From: Bacteroidota bacterium
GTDB taxonomy: Bacteria > Bacteroidota > Bacteroidia > Cytophagales > Cyclobacteriaceae
Reading direction: 5' to 3'
NCBI GenBank assembly: GCA_047947195.1
Contig: CP170458.1
Coordinates: 2,727,122-2,791,121, forward strand
DNA: 64,000 bases
The translations under genes and the position numbers were made by a program. Positions 40,709 to 50,683 of the stretch are shown one piece after another. Each line of letters starts with the position of its first letter. Position 1 is the first letter of the stretch. Below the pieces are notes generated by a model. The model was not told the origin of the DNA. It did no database searches and saw only the letters and a list, made by a program, of their open reading frames with translations.

Positions 40709-41497
40709 TCATTTTTTGGTCAGTTCAAAGACTCCGCAACCAAAAGTGCAATTGAAGTTTAATCCAGCTTCTTTTGAATTAACATCTGCATTTTCATGCA
40801 GGTCACCCGAATCATCAATGTAAGAAAAGGAATCCAACATGTACCTACCTAACAGTAACTCCTTCAGATAATTCATACTAAAAACCCGATGTGCATTAAA
40901 ATTAATCCGCTGAGGGCCAATTGGAGTTGAAAAGTAAAACTTCCCTCCCTTCTTAAGCATGGAGTAAATATTATCAAGGCCTTTTAAATAACCTGCTGGA
41001 TCTATTGGATCATTGTATCTCCCCAGCCCAAAATGCTCAATCACATGAAGACTGGAAATAGAATCCGTGTATTCTTCCCATTCTGGATTTGGAACCATGA
41101 AATCTGCCTCAATGAATTTTATGTTGCGTATGTTCACATCAGCTTTTCTGATATCTACTACTTCTATCTCCCGAAAGGAAGCCACATGCGCAACAAATCC
41201 ATCAGTCCGGCTCCCAACGTCAACATGCTTGTTTGGCTTTGCATTGAAGATTTTATTAGCTACCAGTAGGTCCTGATGAAAATAGTGCCCGCCTATCCTA
41301 CCACTTTCAGCAAATCGTTCACTGAATACCGGATAGGGAATTTTGAAAGGGAATGCTTTCTCTTTATCGCTTTTCTGAAACTTGAAATAGTCTTTGATAA
41401 ACCATCCTATGGAGCGTATATTAAGCCATAGATGGTCAGGAGCAAGCCCAAAAACCCAAAGCAACTTCCGAATTATCCTAAAAAACCTTTGAAGCAT
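40709..41497 (-). CDS. Putative SAM-dependent methyltransferase (DUF268-like).
   Basis: VDVGSRTDGF is a motif-I-like segment, with a downstream acidic residue and LKKGGKFYFSTP. Confidence 0.45.
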   Translation of the reverse strand: MLQRFFRIIRKLLWVFGLAPDHLWLNIRSIGWFIKDYFKFQKSDKEKAFPFKIPYPVFSERFAESGRIGGHYFHQDLLVANKIFNAKPNKHVDVGSRTDGFVAHVASFREIEVVDIRKADVNIRNIKFIEADFMVPNPEWEEYTDSISSLHVIEHFGLGRYNDPIDPAGYLKGLDNIYSMLKKGGKFYFSTPIGPQRINFNAHRVFSMNYLKELLLGRYMLDSFSYIDDSGDLHENADVNSKEAGLNFNCTFGCGVFELTKK

Positions 41498-41553
41498 AAA
41501 TAATGAAACATTAAGTCTGAATCAATGACTAGTTTAGTAGCAAAAAATTTACA

Positions 41554-42306
41554 ATGTCTAAAGTAACACTCTCCATCATTACTGTTACTTATAATGCCGA
41601 AAAGTATATTCAACCGACTATTGAAAGTGTAGTTAACCAATCTTTCAAAGGCTTTGAATACTTAATAATTGATGGGGCCTCAAATGATTCTACACTAAAA
41701 ATCATTGATCGCTACAAGAGTAAAATCGATCAGGTAGTTTCTGAAAAAGATGACGGTGTATACCATGCTATGAACAAAGGATTGGAATTAGCTCGGGGGA
41801 AGTATGTGTTGTTTCTTAATGCTGGCGATGAATTATCAGGCGAAACAATCCTTGAAAATATATTTAATATTGACACTGACGCTGATATTATTTATGGTGA
41901 AACCAATATTCTCAATCAGGATCGAAAAGTCATAGGAACACGCTCTGAACTAACTAGCAGAAAGCTTCCAGAACAACTTGTAAAGAAAGACTTCCTCAAA
42001 GGCCAGATAGTGAGTCATCAATCCTTCATTGCTAAAAGGGACCTATGCCCACCATACAACACCCATTACAAATGCAGTGCTGATATTGACTGGATGCTTC
42101 AGGTTATCTCAAAAAGTGGTAGGGTTAAAAATGTAAATCAATCTATTTCGAATTATCTACAGGGTGGAATCTCTGATAGACAATTAGGAAGGTGCTGGAA
42201 GGAAAGATTTTTTATCCTGTTAAAATACTTTCGATTTGTCGACGTGATGATATCTCATATAAGATTTTTCTTTCGATTTTTTCAGTGGGGACGCTATAGA
42301 TCTTAA
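41554..42306 (+). CDS. Family 2 glycosyltransferase.
   Basis: LSIITVTYNAEKYI ... DGASND ... a DxD-type GT-A fold. Confidence 0.85.
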   Translation: MSKVTLSIITVTYNAEKYIQPTIESVVNQSFKGFEYLIIDGASNDSTLKIIDRYKSKIDQVVSEKDDGVYHAMNKGLELARGKYVLFLNAGDELSGETILENIFNIDTDADIIYGETNILNQDRKVIGTRSELTSRKLPEQLVKKDFLKGQIVSHQSFIAKRDLCPPYNTHYKCSADIDWMLQVISKSGRVKNVNQSISNYLQGGISDRQLGRCWKERFFILLKYFRFVDVMISHIRFFFRFFQWGRYRS

Positions 42307-42391
42307 TGGAGTTAATTCCTTTGAATAACCAATTTATCCTTCTTTAATTTCATTAATGATACAGAGGGAATAATTTAGCGATCGATGTATT

Positions 42392-43312
42392 ATGCTAAAA
42401 ATGGCGAATAAAAACCTTGATCTTGCACCTGTTTTACTATTCGTATATAATCGACCAGATCATACGAGGAAAATTCTACATGCGTTAAAAAATAACTTAC
42501 TAGCCCCTGAATCAACCTTATACATTTATGCAGATGGGCCCAAAAACGATGAGGATAAGAGATTAGTCGATCAGGTTTATAAGGCGATGAAGGAAACCAC
42601 GGGTTTTAAAGAAATTATCATAAAGTCACATGTAAAAAATATTGGGTTAGCCAGATCGGTCATTGAAGGAGTTAGTGAGGTTGTAAATAAGCATGGGTCA
42701 GTCATCGTATTGGAAGATGACATTTACACCTCAAGTTATTTCTTAACTTTCATGAATGAAGCCCTGGGATATTATCGGAATGAAATGAAAATCTTTTCAA
42801 TCTCAGGTTATTCTTATCCAATAAGTATTCCCCCCGATTACAGCAAAAAATTTTACTTTCACTACCGATCCTGTTCGTGGGGGTGGGCTACCTGGGCGGA
42901 TAGATGGAATACGTCAAATTGGGACTCTGAGAATATCCGACAGATATTAAATGATCAGGAACAAGGAAAACGCTTTAAAGCTAAATGTGGAGATGATCTT
43001 CTTCCAATGACTAAAAAATATTTATTAGGCAAAATTGATTCGTGGGCAATCAGGTGGGCTTATACTCACTTTATCCACGATGGATTATGTGTATATCCCT
43101 TACATTCATTGGTGAAGAATATTGGTATGGATGGATCCGGAACACATTTTAAAAAGAAATCAGACTATCTAGGAACTCAAATTGGATGGGAACCAAACGA
43201 GCTAACTTTTGATCGATCCTTTGAGGTAAATCCTCAAATTCACCAATCAATTCATAAATTATTGGATGTTTCAATAATTCGGAAAGTAATCAATAGAATC
43301 TTCCTTAGATAA
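42392..43312 (+). CDS. GT-A fold glycosyltransferase, GnT-I (GT13)-like.
   Basis: LLFVYNRPDHTRKIL, VLEDDI and SISGYS parallel the GnT-I motif order (IACDR, VVEDDL, SAWNDNG). Confidence 0.5.
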   Translation: MLKMANKNLDLAPVLLFVYNRPDHTRKILHALKNNLLAPESTLYIYADGPKNDEDKRLVDQVYKAMKETTGFKEIIIKSHVKNIGLARSVIEGVSEVVNKHGSVIVLEDDIYTSSYFLTFMNEALGYYRNEMKIFSISGYSYPISIPPDYSKKFYFHYRSCSWGWATWADRWNTSNWDSENIRQILNDQEQGKRFKAKCGDDLLPMTKKYLLGKIDSWAIRWAYTHFIHDGLCVYPLHSLVKNIGMDGSGTHFKKKSDYLGTQIGWEPNELTFDRSFEVNPQIHQSIHKLLDVSIIRKVINRIFLR

Positions 43313-43313
43313 A

Positions 43314-44219
43314 ATGCGAATCATTGATAAAATCCGTTTGTTATTAGCTCTGCCATTGTTAATCATCCGGGCAAAACGAAAATGGCTTACCGCAGGTAAT
43401 GATCTTCCTGGAAAAGCATTCTTCACTTTTGGAAGAAGTTTAGCTTTTAAACTATTATCATCTGGTAAAATATCTCCAAAGCTTCTTCTCAACCCCGTTT
43501 CAATCGTCAGGTATTTTGAGTTTGCATTTGTTGAATCTCTCATTAATACTGAAGAAAGGTACAGAGTATTAGATATTGCATCACCGTATCTAATGACCTT
43601 CAAACTACTTCATGATCATAACATAGATATACAATACATCAACCCTGATACGAACGACCTGCGGGATGTAGCGGCTAAATCTAAGAGTCTACCCTTAAAG
43701 GGAAGTCTTAAGTGCCTAAATATGAATGCACTTGATCTGGTCTCCCGTGAAGATAGATTTGATACGATCTTTTCGATCAGTGTCATTGAACACGTCGCTA
43801 ACAACCAGGACGGTGAATTTATTTCTGCAGCATGGAAGGTATTAAAACCTGGTGGTTTGTTGATCTTAACCTTTCCGGTGAAAGCGGTGTTTGAGGAAGA
43901 ATTTATTGACAAGGATGTCTACGGGTTGAACAATGAAAAGAAAAAGGATAAATTCTTCTTTCAAAGATATTATGACGAGCAATCAATAAAAGAAAGGCTA
44001 TTAAATCAATTGAGTAATTTTGAGATCATTTCACAAAGAGTTTTTGGAGAAACATCCAAAAATTTCTACCATGAATATCATAAACGATGGAATGCAAAAG
44101 GGTATTTTGAAACAATCAATGACCCTATTTATATAGCCAATCATTTTAAAGATTATCAGTCAATTTCAGAATTGCCAGGGTTAGGTATTTTAGGTATAGC
44201 AATTAAAAAGAAAAAATGA
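43314..44219 (+). CDS. Class I SAM-dependent methyltransferase.
   Basis: VLDIASPY (motif I) and LKPGGLLILTFP (motif III-like). Confidence 0.65.
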   Translation: MRIIDKIRLLLALPLLIIRAKRKWLTAGNDLPGKAFFTFGRSLAFKLLSSGKISPKLLLNPVSIVRYFEFAFVESLINTEERYRVLDIASPYLMTFKLLHDHNIDIQYINPDTNDLRDVAAKSKSLPLKGSLKCLNMNALDLVSREDRFDTIFSISVIEHVANNQDGEFISAAWKVLKPGGLLILTFPVKAVFEEEFIDKDVYGLNNEKKKDKFFFQRYYDEQSIKERLLNQLSNFEIISQRVFGETSKNFYHEYHKRWNAKGYFETINDPIYIANHFKDYQSISELPGLGILGIAIKKKK

Positions 44220-45316
44220 GCATTAGATATCCGGTATATCAACCAAATATTGGAGAAGAGGAGAAAGCAAATGTGTTGGAGTGTTTGGATTCCACCTGGA
44301 TTTCTTCCAAAGGGAAATTCATCACTCAATTTGAGGAAGATTTCGCGAGGATTCAATCTTCCAAATATGCCATTTCTGTTTGTAATGGTACAGTGGCCTT
44401 ACACGTGGCCTTACTTGCACTTGGAATAGGCCCGGGAGATGAGGTATTGGTGCCATCATTTACCTATATAGCATCTGTGAACGCCATAGCCTATACGGGA
44501 GCAAAGCCAGTCTTTGTAGACATTACTGAAGATGGGTTATTAATTAACCCCAGGGAGATAAGCAAGCATATTAACCAGAGGACTAAAGCCATAATGGCTG
44601 TCCATTTATATGGTGACAGTTGTGACATGCATATGATTTCGGAAATCGCTATAAAGCATGGTCTATTTATTATTGAAGATTGTGCCGAGGCACTCGGTAC
44701 CAAATTTAATAATCAACCTGTTGGAACATTTGGCCATATCTCCACCTTCAGCTTCTTCGGCAATAAAACCATTACCACTGGAGAAGGTGGCATGATCACT
44801 ACCAACGATTCCAAATTATATAACCTGGCCAGAAGACTCAAAGGTCAGGGACTTGCTGATGGAATGGAATACTGGCATGATATTCTAGGATACAACTATA
44901 GGATGACAAATATTTGTGCAGCTATTGGAGTTGCTCAGATAAAAAAGATAGATCAAAATATCAGTAAAAAAAGAGCCCTTGCTTTTCAGTATTTTGATGA
45001 ATTACAGGACCTGAATATTCAGTTACCCCGAAAGTCCAAGGAGGTTTTTCATACCTACTGGATGTTTAACATTCTTTTAGAGAATGAAGAAATCAGGAAA
45101 GCACTTAGAGAATATCTAATCCAAAAGGGTATTGAAACAAGGCCTTCTTTCTATCCGGCACATCAAATGCCAATGTACAATGGTCAAAAAGACCTGGATC
45201 TACCTGTGACAGAATCCATCAGCAGTCGCGGCATCAATTTACCAAGCTATCCCGAGTTGGGAAAGGAGGATATAAGCTTTATCAGTGAACAGATTCATTC
45301 ATTCTACAGAAGTTGA
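44216..45316 (+). CDS. DegT/DnrJ/EryC1/StrS-family PLP-dependent sugar aminotransferase.
   Basis: A 366 aa protein with the conserved Lys segment (FSFFGNKTITTGEGG). Confidence 0.9.
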   Translation: MSIRYPVYQPNIGEEEKANVLECLDSTWISSKGKFITQFEEDFARIQSSKYAISVCNGTVALHVALLALGIGPGDEVLVPSFTYIASVNAIAYTGAKPVFVDITEDGLLINPREISKHINQRTKAIMAVHLYGDSCDMHMISEIAIKHGLFIIEDCAEALGTKFNNQPVGTFGHISTFSFFGNKTITTGEGGMITTNDSKLYNLARRLKGQGLADGMEYWHDILGYNYRMTNICAAIGVAQIKKIDQNISKKRALAFQYFDELQDLNIQLPRKSKEVFHTYWMFNILLENEEIRKALREYLIQKGIETRPSFYPAHQMPMYNGQKDLDLPVTESISSRGINLPSYPELGKEDISFISEQIHSFYRS

Positions 45317-45774
45317 ACATGAGTCTTGAAATAAAAAAATTATTACCTTCAAATGCTTCTGAACTTGCGGAAATAATGGCTTTAGATCCACCTGGTTATG
45401 CTAAGTATTTCGTGCCATTTGAATTCAGTGAATCCTCGTTTTATAAAATAATTTCGCAAGCTGTTAAAGATCATTACTTTGGTCTATTTTACGATAATAA
45501 ATTGATCGGATTCTATATGTTAAGAGGGTTTGATCAGGGTTATTCCACCCCTGCCTACGGTGTGTTCATAACGGAAAAATATAGTAAAAAAGGACTGGGT
45601 AGACTTACTTTAAAGCATGCAATAGCAACATGCAAATTAGATGGCGCCAATAAGCTAATGTTGAAGGTTCATCCTGAAAATATTTCTGCTAAAAACCTTT
45701 ATCAATCAGAAGGATTTACCATCAATGGAGAAGATGCCAAGTATAATAATTTGATAATGATTAAGGAATTATAG
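45313..45774 (+). CDS. GNAT-family N-acetyltransferase.
   Basis: A 153 aa protein with the acetyl-CoA motif-A-like GLGRLTL. Confidence 0.65.
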   Translation: MNMSLEIKKLLPSNASELAEIMALDPPGYAKYFVPFEFSESSFYKIISQAVKDHYFGLFYDNKLIGFYMLRGFDQGYSTPAYGVFITEKYSKKGLGRLTLKHAIATCKLDGANKLMLKVHPENISAKNLYQSEGFTINGEDAKYNNLIMIKEL

Positions 45775-45775
45775 A

Positions 45776-46993
45776 TTGAAAATTGCTTTTTACATCCATC
45801 ACTCAAACCTGAAAGCCGGTGGGATATTTACCTACAGCATAGGTGTATTAAAACTAATTATTAATACGCCTGAAATTGAAAAGGTTTATGTGATTCATTC
45901 AGAAAACCAAAAAGCTTATCTCGAAGATCATATTGGAAATGAAAAAGTAAAATTTGTTGAAATCAAAAGAGAAGGCACCTGGAGAAAATTGCGTCTTTCT
46001 ATCTCCTACTTTCTGTTTGACCTCTACTCGATTTACAAGGAGTACAGCCAGTCCTGGATGCTGAATTTTCTTAAGAGAATTTCTCTCAGACTGAATCCTT
46101 ACCACAAAATCTCAAAGCTTCCGGTTCAGCTTTTGCATGTACCCATGCAATTCGCTCCAGTCTACAATGTAAATAAACCTGTCATCACTACACTTCATGA
46201 TGTGCAGGAGCTACATCTACCGGAAAATTTTTCAGCTGCTGAAAGGTTGCATAGAGCCATTAATACTAAAAAGGCGATCGACAACTCTACTCACATAATC
46301 GCATCCTTTGAGCACATCAAAAGTGATATATTGAAATTTTTTCATGTCAACGCAGATTTTGTGAGTGTCTGTGCCCCCGCATTCCATGAAAATTGGTTTG
46401 GCACTACAAAAAGGACAGATGGGGCAACCTTGAGAAAAAAATATGAATTACCAGATTTATTTCTGCTCTATCCGGCATCAACCTGGATCCATAAAAATCA
46501 TATGAATTTGATTCTTGCAGTTAACGAGCTGCATCAAAAGGGTATAAAATGTAGCCTCGTATGCACCGGTAATAAGACCTCTTATTATGAAGATATCCTA
46601 AAACCAAAAATTGATGAGTTGAAACTCAATGAGTATATCTCCTTCTTAGGAATAGTCTCCGAAGAAGACCTGAATGCATTATATAAGGCCACATCACTTG
46701 TTGTGATCCCTACAAAGTATGAGGCGGGCAGTGCGCCCCTCTATGAAGCGATGAGGATGGAAGTTCCGGTTATTTGTGCAAATACGACCTCCCTTCCTGA
46801 AACCATGAATAATCAGGACTTCATCTTTGATCCTGACAACGTCTCAAGCCTCGCAATGCTTATTGAATCAGGATTAAATGATCAGGACTTTATCAAGCGG
46901 AATTTAGAGAATTCAAAAAACAGGATGGAATCTTTCAGCAAAGTGAATTATGCTGACGCATTCATCAAATGCTATGAAAGTCTACTTCAATAA
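45776..46993 (+). CDS. GT4 (GT-B fold) glycosyltransferase.
   Basis: The C-terminus carries E(x7)E-type YEAGSAPLYEAM...PVI. Confidence 0.8.
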   Translation: MKIAFYIHHSNLKAGGIFTYSIGVLKLIINTPEIEKVYVIHSENQKAYLEDHIGNEKVKFVEIKREGTWRKLRLSISYFLFDLYSIYKEYSQSWMLNFLKRISLRLNPYHKISKLPVQLLHVPMQFAPVYNVNKPVITTLHDVQELHLPENFSAAERLHRAINTKKAIDNSTHIIASFEHIKSDILKFFHVNADFVSVCAPAFHENWFGTTKRTDGATLRKKYELPDLFLLYPASTWIHKNHMNLILAVNELHQKGIKCSLVCTGNKTSYYEDILKPKIDELKLNEYISFLGIVSEEDLNALYKATSLVVIPTKYEAGSAPLYEAMRMEVPVICANTTSLPETMNNQDFIFDPDNVSSLAMLIESGLNDQDFIKRNLENSKNRMESFSKVNYADAFIKCYESLLQ

Positions 46994-47003
46994 TTAAATC
47001 TTC

Positions 47004-49412
47004 CTAAGCCACTTTATGACTTCTATACATAGAAAACCCTTCTATCCCAAGAAATACCAGTATAAGGATGCTTGAAATAATTGCTAACCAATTACCTACA
47101 ACTTCAGAAACTGGTTCATATTTAAAGATGATCTCATGATCTCCAGCAGGCACTTTCAATCCTCTCAGAACATAATCCACTCTTATGTGATCTTCTTCAT
47201 TTCCATCGATATAAGCGTTCCATCCCGGCTTATAATAAATCTCTGAAAAAACTACAAACTGATTCTCATCTGAATTAAAATGATACTTCATTTCCTCTGG
47301 ATGGTAGCTCTCCAGATTTATATCAGCTTTTCCAGAGAATGTGGTTGATCCCTCTATGTAGTCTGAAAAACGCTCATCAACCAATGCAGTGACGCCAGGA
47401 TCGATCTCATTGAGTGAGTTGATTTCCTCATCGGCATTCTCTACAATTTTTAAATCCTCAACGGCCCATGCATTCCCAAGGGCCTGTGGATTTCTCTGTG
47501 CCATTGGTGGTCCATTTTCGCCCGCGGTTATAAAGTATTTAACATTCAACATATTCAAAACGCCTCGATTCCCCTGGCTTATCTGACGTTCAATCAACTC
47601 CTGATAACGTTGCATTTTAATGGCGTTATAGCCACCTATGGAAAAGTGGTGATAGGAGGTCATCCCATCCTGATCCAATCTTCTCGTGGTATTAAATACC
47701 CGATAATAGGAATCATCCTGAAGTATTGTTTGATCTGCTTGAGTGGGTTGAAAAGCATTTCTTCTATATGAATTGGGACTGTCAAAGTCATCGGTAGAAA
47801 CATATCTCCTATTTACACCCAACAGATCTATTAAAACAAGAACCGCCAATCCAATAAGGAAATAATTTTCCTTTAATTTCCTGGTGACCAATAACCAGGT
47901 GCCTCCTCCCATAAGAACCAGGAAGAGGATTCCTCGTATTATATCGCCATTAAATTTGCTTTTCCTATCGCTGATTATTGCATTCTTCAACCATTCTGGA
48001 AATTGGGAGAAATATTGAGCATCATTAATTCCCTTGAAGTCAAAAAGGGAATTTTTAAATAATAAGAAAATCAATGCCAATCCGATGAGTATACCAGCTG
48101 ACTGAAGAATTCTGTTTGTAACAATTTTATTCCCGGAATTTTCCTTAAGTAACTTATCCAATGCCATTATTCCGAGCAGTGGCACAAGCAGCTGAGCTAT
48201 GCTAAAGCTCATGGTTACCGATCGGAATTTATTGTATAGAGGAACATAATAAAAGAAGAAGTTATTGAACCATTCCAGGTTCTTACCCATAGCTAATAAG
48301 AATGCAAGCAGGGTTAGTCCAATACCCCACCACTTGAAAGGTCCATCAAGCAGAAAAAAAGATAAGACAAATAAAAAGATGATTATGATTCCAAAGTAAA
48401 GTGGACCAGCTGTGAATGGCTGATCTCCCCAATACAAGGCAACACGACTGGTGACTCCATTTATGGTCTGATTGTCTACTCCATGACTGCGGAGCTCTTT
48501 ATAGGTATCAGAGTCTTCAGATAATGCTTCTCCAGTTGCTCCACCATGGAAGTAAGGGAACATTACAGTGAATGTTTCAAGAACCCCATTACTCCAGCTC
48601 CACGCATAATCCTTATCCAGACCATCTCCGGAAGCCTTATCTGAGGCTAACTCAGATCCTCCTCGTGTAGAGTAATCAGAGTATTCTACCGTACTGTAAA
48701 GCTTTCCAAAATTACATCCAATAGCAATCAGTGCTCCTCCCATTAAATACAGGCTAGCTTTGACAAACTCATTCCATTTTCCCGATTTCCAGGTTTGGTA
48801 AATGACTACAATCAGGTATGCCAACACCATAATAAGGAGGTAATAGGTAATTTGGATGTGACCATACAAAAGCTGCAATCCCGCAGCAAGACAGGTTAAA
48901 AGTGCTCCCTTTAAGTATTTACCACTATAAGCCATGATTACCCCAGCCAATACAGGCGCCATAAAGGCCATAGCCAGGACTTTGTTGTCATGGCCTGCTT
49001 CTATACTTATGATGTTAAAAGTTGAATAGGCAAACGCCAATGCACCAATTGCTGAAAGCCAGCGGGAAACCCCAAGCACTTGCAGCAGGATATAAAATCC
49101 AACAAAAAGTGCAAAAACCATCATGATGATTTTGGGAATGAACCCTCCAAAAAGCGCTCTATTGATATACACAAAAAGGTTATACTCAGAACCAGAAAGA
49201 ACGGGAAGACCTGAGAATTCCCGGTTTGTCCAACTAATCTCTTCGCCCTTTTCTCTATAATCCGCAACTTCTTTCGAGGAACCTGAAAGCTGAATATTAT
49301 CACTTTGTACCAAAACTTTCCCAGTATAAAGGGGTGCGAAGAAAATGCTGGTAATGAGAAAAAAAATCAGTAAAGGAAGCAGGTGAAAGAGAAATCCCTT
49401 TTTGAAATTCAT
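47004..49412 (-). CDS. YfhO-family polytopic membrane protein (putative glycan-transferring/assembly).
   Basis: An 802 aa protein with an N-terminal transmembrane helix, an extracytoplasmic loop, many transmembrane helices and a C-terminal soluble domain. Confidence 0.6.
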   Translation of the reverse strand: MNFKKGFLFHLLPLLIFFLITSIFFAPLYTGKVLVQSDNIQLSGSSKEVADYREKGEEISWTNREFSGLPVLSGSEYNLFVYINRALFGGFIPKIIMMVFALFVGFYILLQVLGVSRWLSAIGALAFAYSTFNIISIEAGHDNKVLAMAFMAPVLAGVIMAYSGKYLKGALLTCLAAGLQLLYGHIQITYYLLIMVLAYLIVVIYQTWKSGKWNEFVKASLYLMGGALIAIGCNFGKLYSTVEYSDYSTRGGSELASDKASGDGLDKDYAWSWSNGVLETFTVMFPYFHGGATGEALSEDSDTYKELRSHGVDNQTINGVTSRVALYWGDQPFTAGPLYFGIIIIFLFVLSFFLLDGPFKWWGIGLTLLAFLLAMGKNLEWFNNFFFYYVPLYNKFRSVTMSFSIAQLLVPLLGIMALDKLLKENSGNKIVTNRILQSAGILIGLALIFLLFKNSLFDFKGINDAQYFSQFPEWLKNAIISDRKSKFNGDIIRGILFLVLMGGGTWLLVTRKLKENYFLIGLAVLVLIDLLGVNRRYVSTDDFDSPNSYRRNAFQPTQADQTILQDDSYYRVFNTTRRLDQDGMTSYHHFSIGGYNAIKMQRYQELIERQISQGNRGVLNMLNVKYFITAGENGPPMAQRNPQALGNAWAVEDLKIVENADEEINSLNEIDPGVTALVDERFSDYIEGSTTFSGKADINLESYHPEEMKYHFNSDENQFVVFSEIYYKPGWNAYIDGNEEDHIRVDYVLRGLKVPAGDHEIIFKYEPVSEVVGNWLAIISSILILVFLGIEGFSMYRSHKVA

Positions 49413-50485
49413 AGAGTATATTTTTTTATCGAAATGAGTTCTTCACAAATGTATGAGATTTCTTCATTTGTCATCTCAGGAAATAAAGGTAAGGACAAGG
49501 TGGTATTGCTCAATTTCTCTGCAATTGATAATGAAGGTTTTCCTGATGGATAAAATCCCAGGTTATCCAATTGAAATGGATAATAGATGCCAGTATGAAT
49601 TCCTTTTTGACTTAATTTTTTAATCACAGAAGGTCTGTCCTTGACTAAAAAAACATATTTATACCAAACAGAGTCTTTGGCCTTGATATAGTCACCCAAT
49701 ACCTCATTGTATTGATTTGCAATATTTCTCCTCAATGATATCCAACGATCCAATTGTTGGAGTTTAAAACGAAGAATAGCGGCCTGTAACTCATCCATTC
49801 TGCTATTTCTCCCAATTGAATTAAATTCATTTTGATTATTGCGACCGTAATCCCTTAGCTCTCTAAATCGTGTACTTAATTCCACATTATTGGTGATGAT
49901 GGCACCGGCATCACCCAGTGCACCAAGATTTTTTGTGGGATAAAAGCTGAAAATCCCAATATCTCCAAAATTGCCAACATGAATATCATCAACCCTGGCA
50001 CCATGTGCCTGAGCACAATCCTCAATGAGTCTTATCCCTGATGACTTACTTATTGACCGAATTTCTTTGATATCCGCAGGATGTCCATATAAGTGGATTA
50101 GCAGAATGGCTTTAGTCCGGGCACTAATCTTTTTGATTATAAGCTGCGGATCAATATTACCATCCAATTTCACATCCACAAAAACTGGAGTGGACCCCTG
50201 GTTCAGAACAGCACTCACCACAGAAACCCACCCAAAAGATGGAACAATAACTTCATCTCCCGGACCTATCCCCATTGAAGCAAGCACAATTTCCAGTGCA
50301 TCCGTGGCATTGCCGCAGGTCACGCAATATTTTGACCCGGTATAGACTGAAAATTCTCTTTCAAAGGCTAAGACCTCCTCACCAAGAATTGTCTGACCCA
50401 TTTCAAGAAATCTCTTGAAAATCTTCTGGTAATCAGCCTCAAGTGCACGATTTTGTCTAACAAGATCGAAAAAGGGAATTTGCAT
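49409..50485 (-). CDS. DegT/DnrJ/EryC1/StrS-family sugar aminotransferase (second copy).
   Basis: A 358 aa protein with the FSFYPTKNLGALGDAG Lys-region. Confidence 0.9.
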   Translation of the reverse strand: MQIPFFDLVRQNRALEADYQKIFKRFLEMGQTILGEEVLAFEREFSVYTGSKYCVTCGNATDALEIVLASMGIGPGDEVIVPSFGWVSVVSAVLNQGSTPVFVDVKLDGNIDPQLIIKKISARTKAILLIHLYGHPADIKEIRSISKSSGIRLIEDCAQAHGARVDDIHVGNFGDIGIFSFYPTKNLGALGDAGAIITNNVELSTRFRELRDYGRNNQNEFNSIGRNSRMDELQAAILRFKLQQLDRWISLRRNIANQYNEVLGDYIKAKDSVWYKYVFLVKDRPSVIKKLSQKGIHTGIYYPFQLDNLGFYPSGKPSLSIAEKLSNTTLSLPLFPEMTNEEISYICEELISIKKYTL

Positions 50486-50683
50486 GCATTTATTTTTACA
50501 GCTTATTGATCAAAATCCTTTTACTGGATTTTAATTTTTCGTTAATATTGAGCCCGCAAACGGTCAAGAAAACAACATTCCCCCTAAATTAGCATGCAAT
50601 TTCAATTTTCATGCAGATATCTTTTATCTGGAAATTGATTTATGAATGGACGGTATTATTGAAATGGTAAGTATTATCAATTA

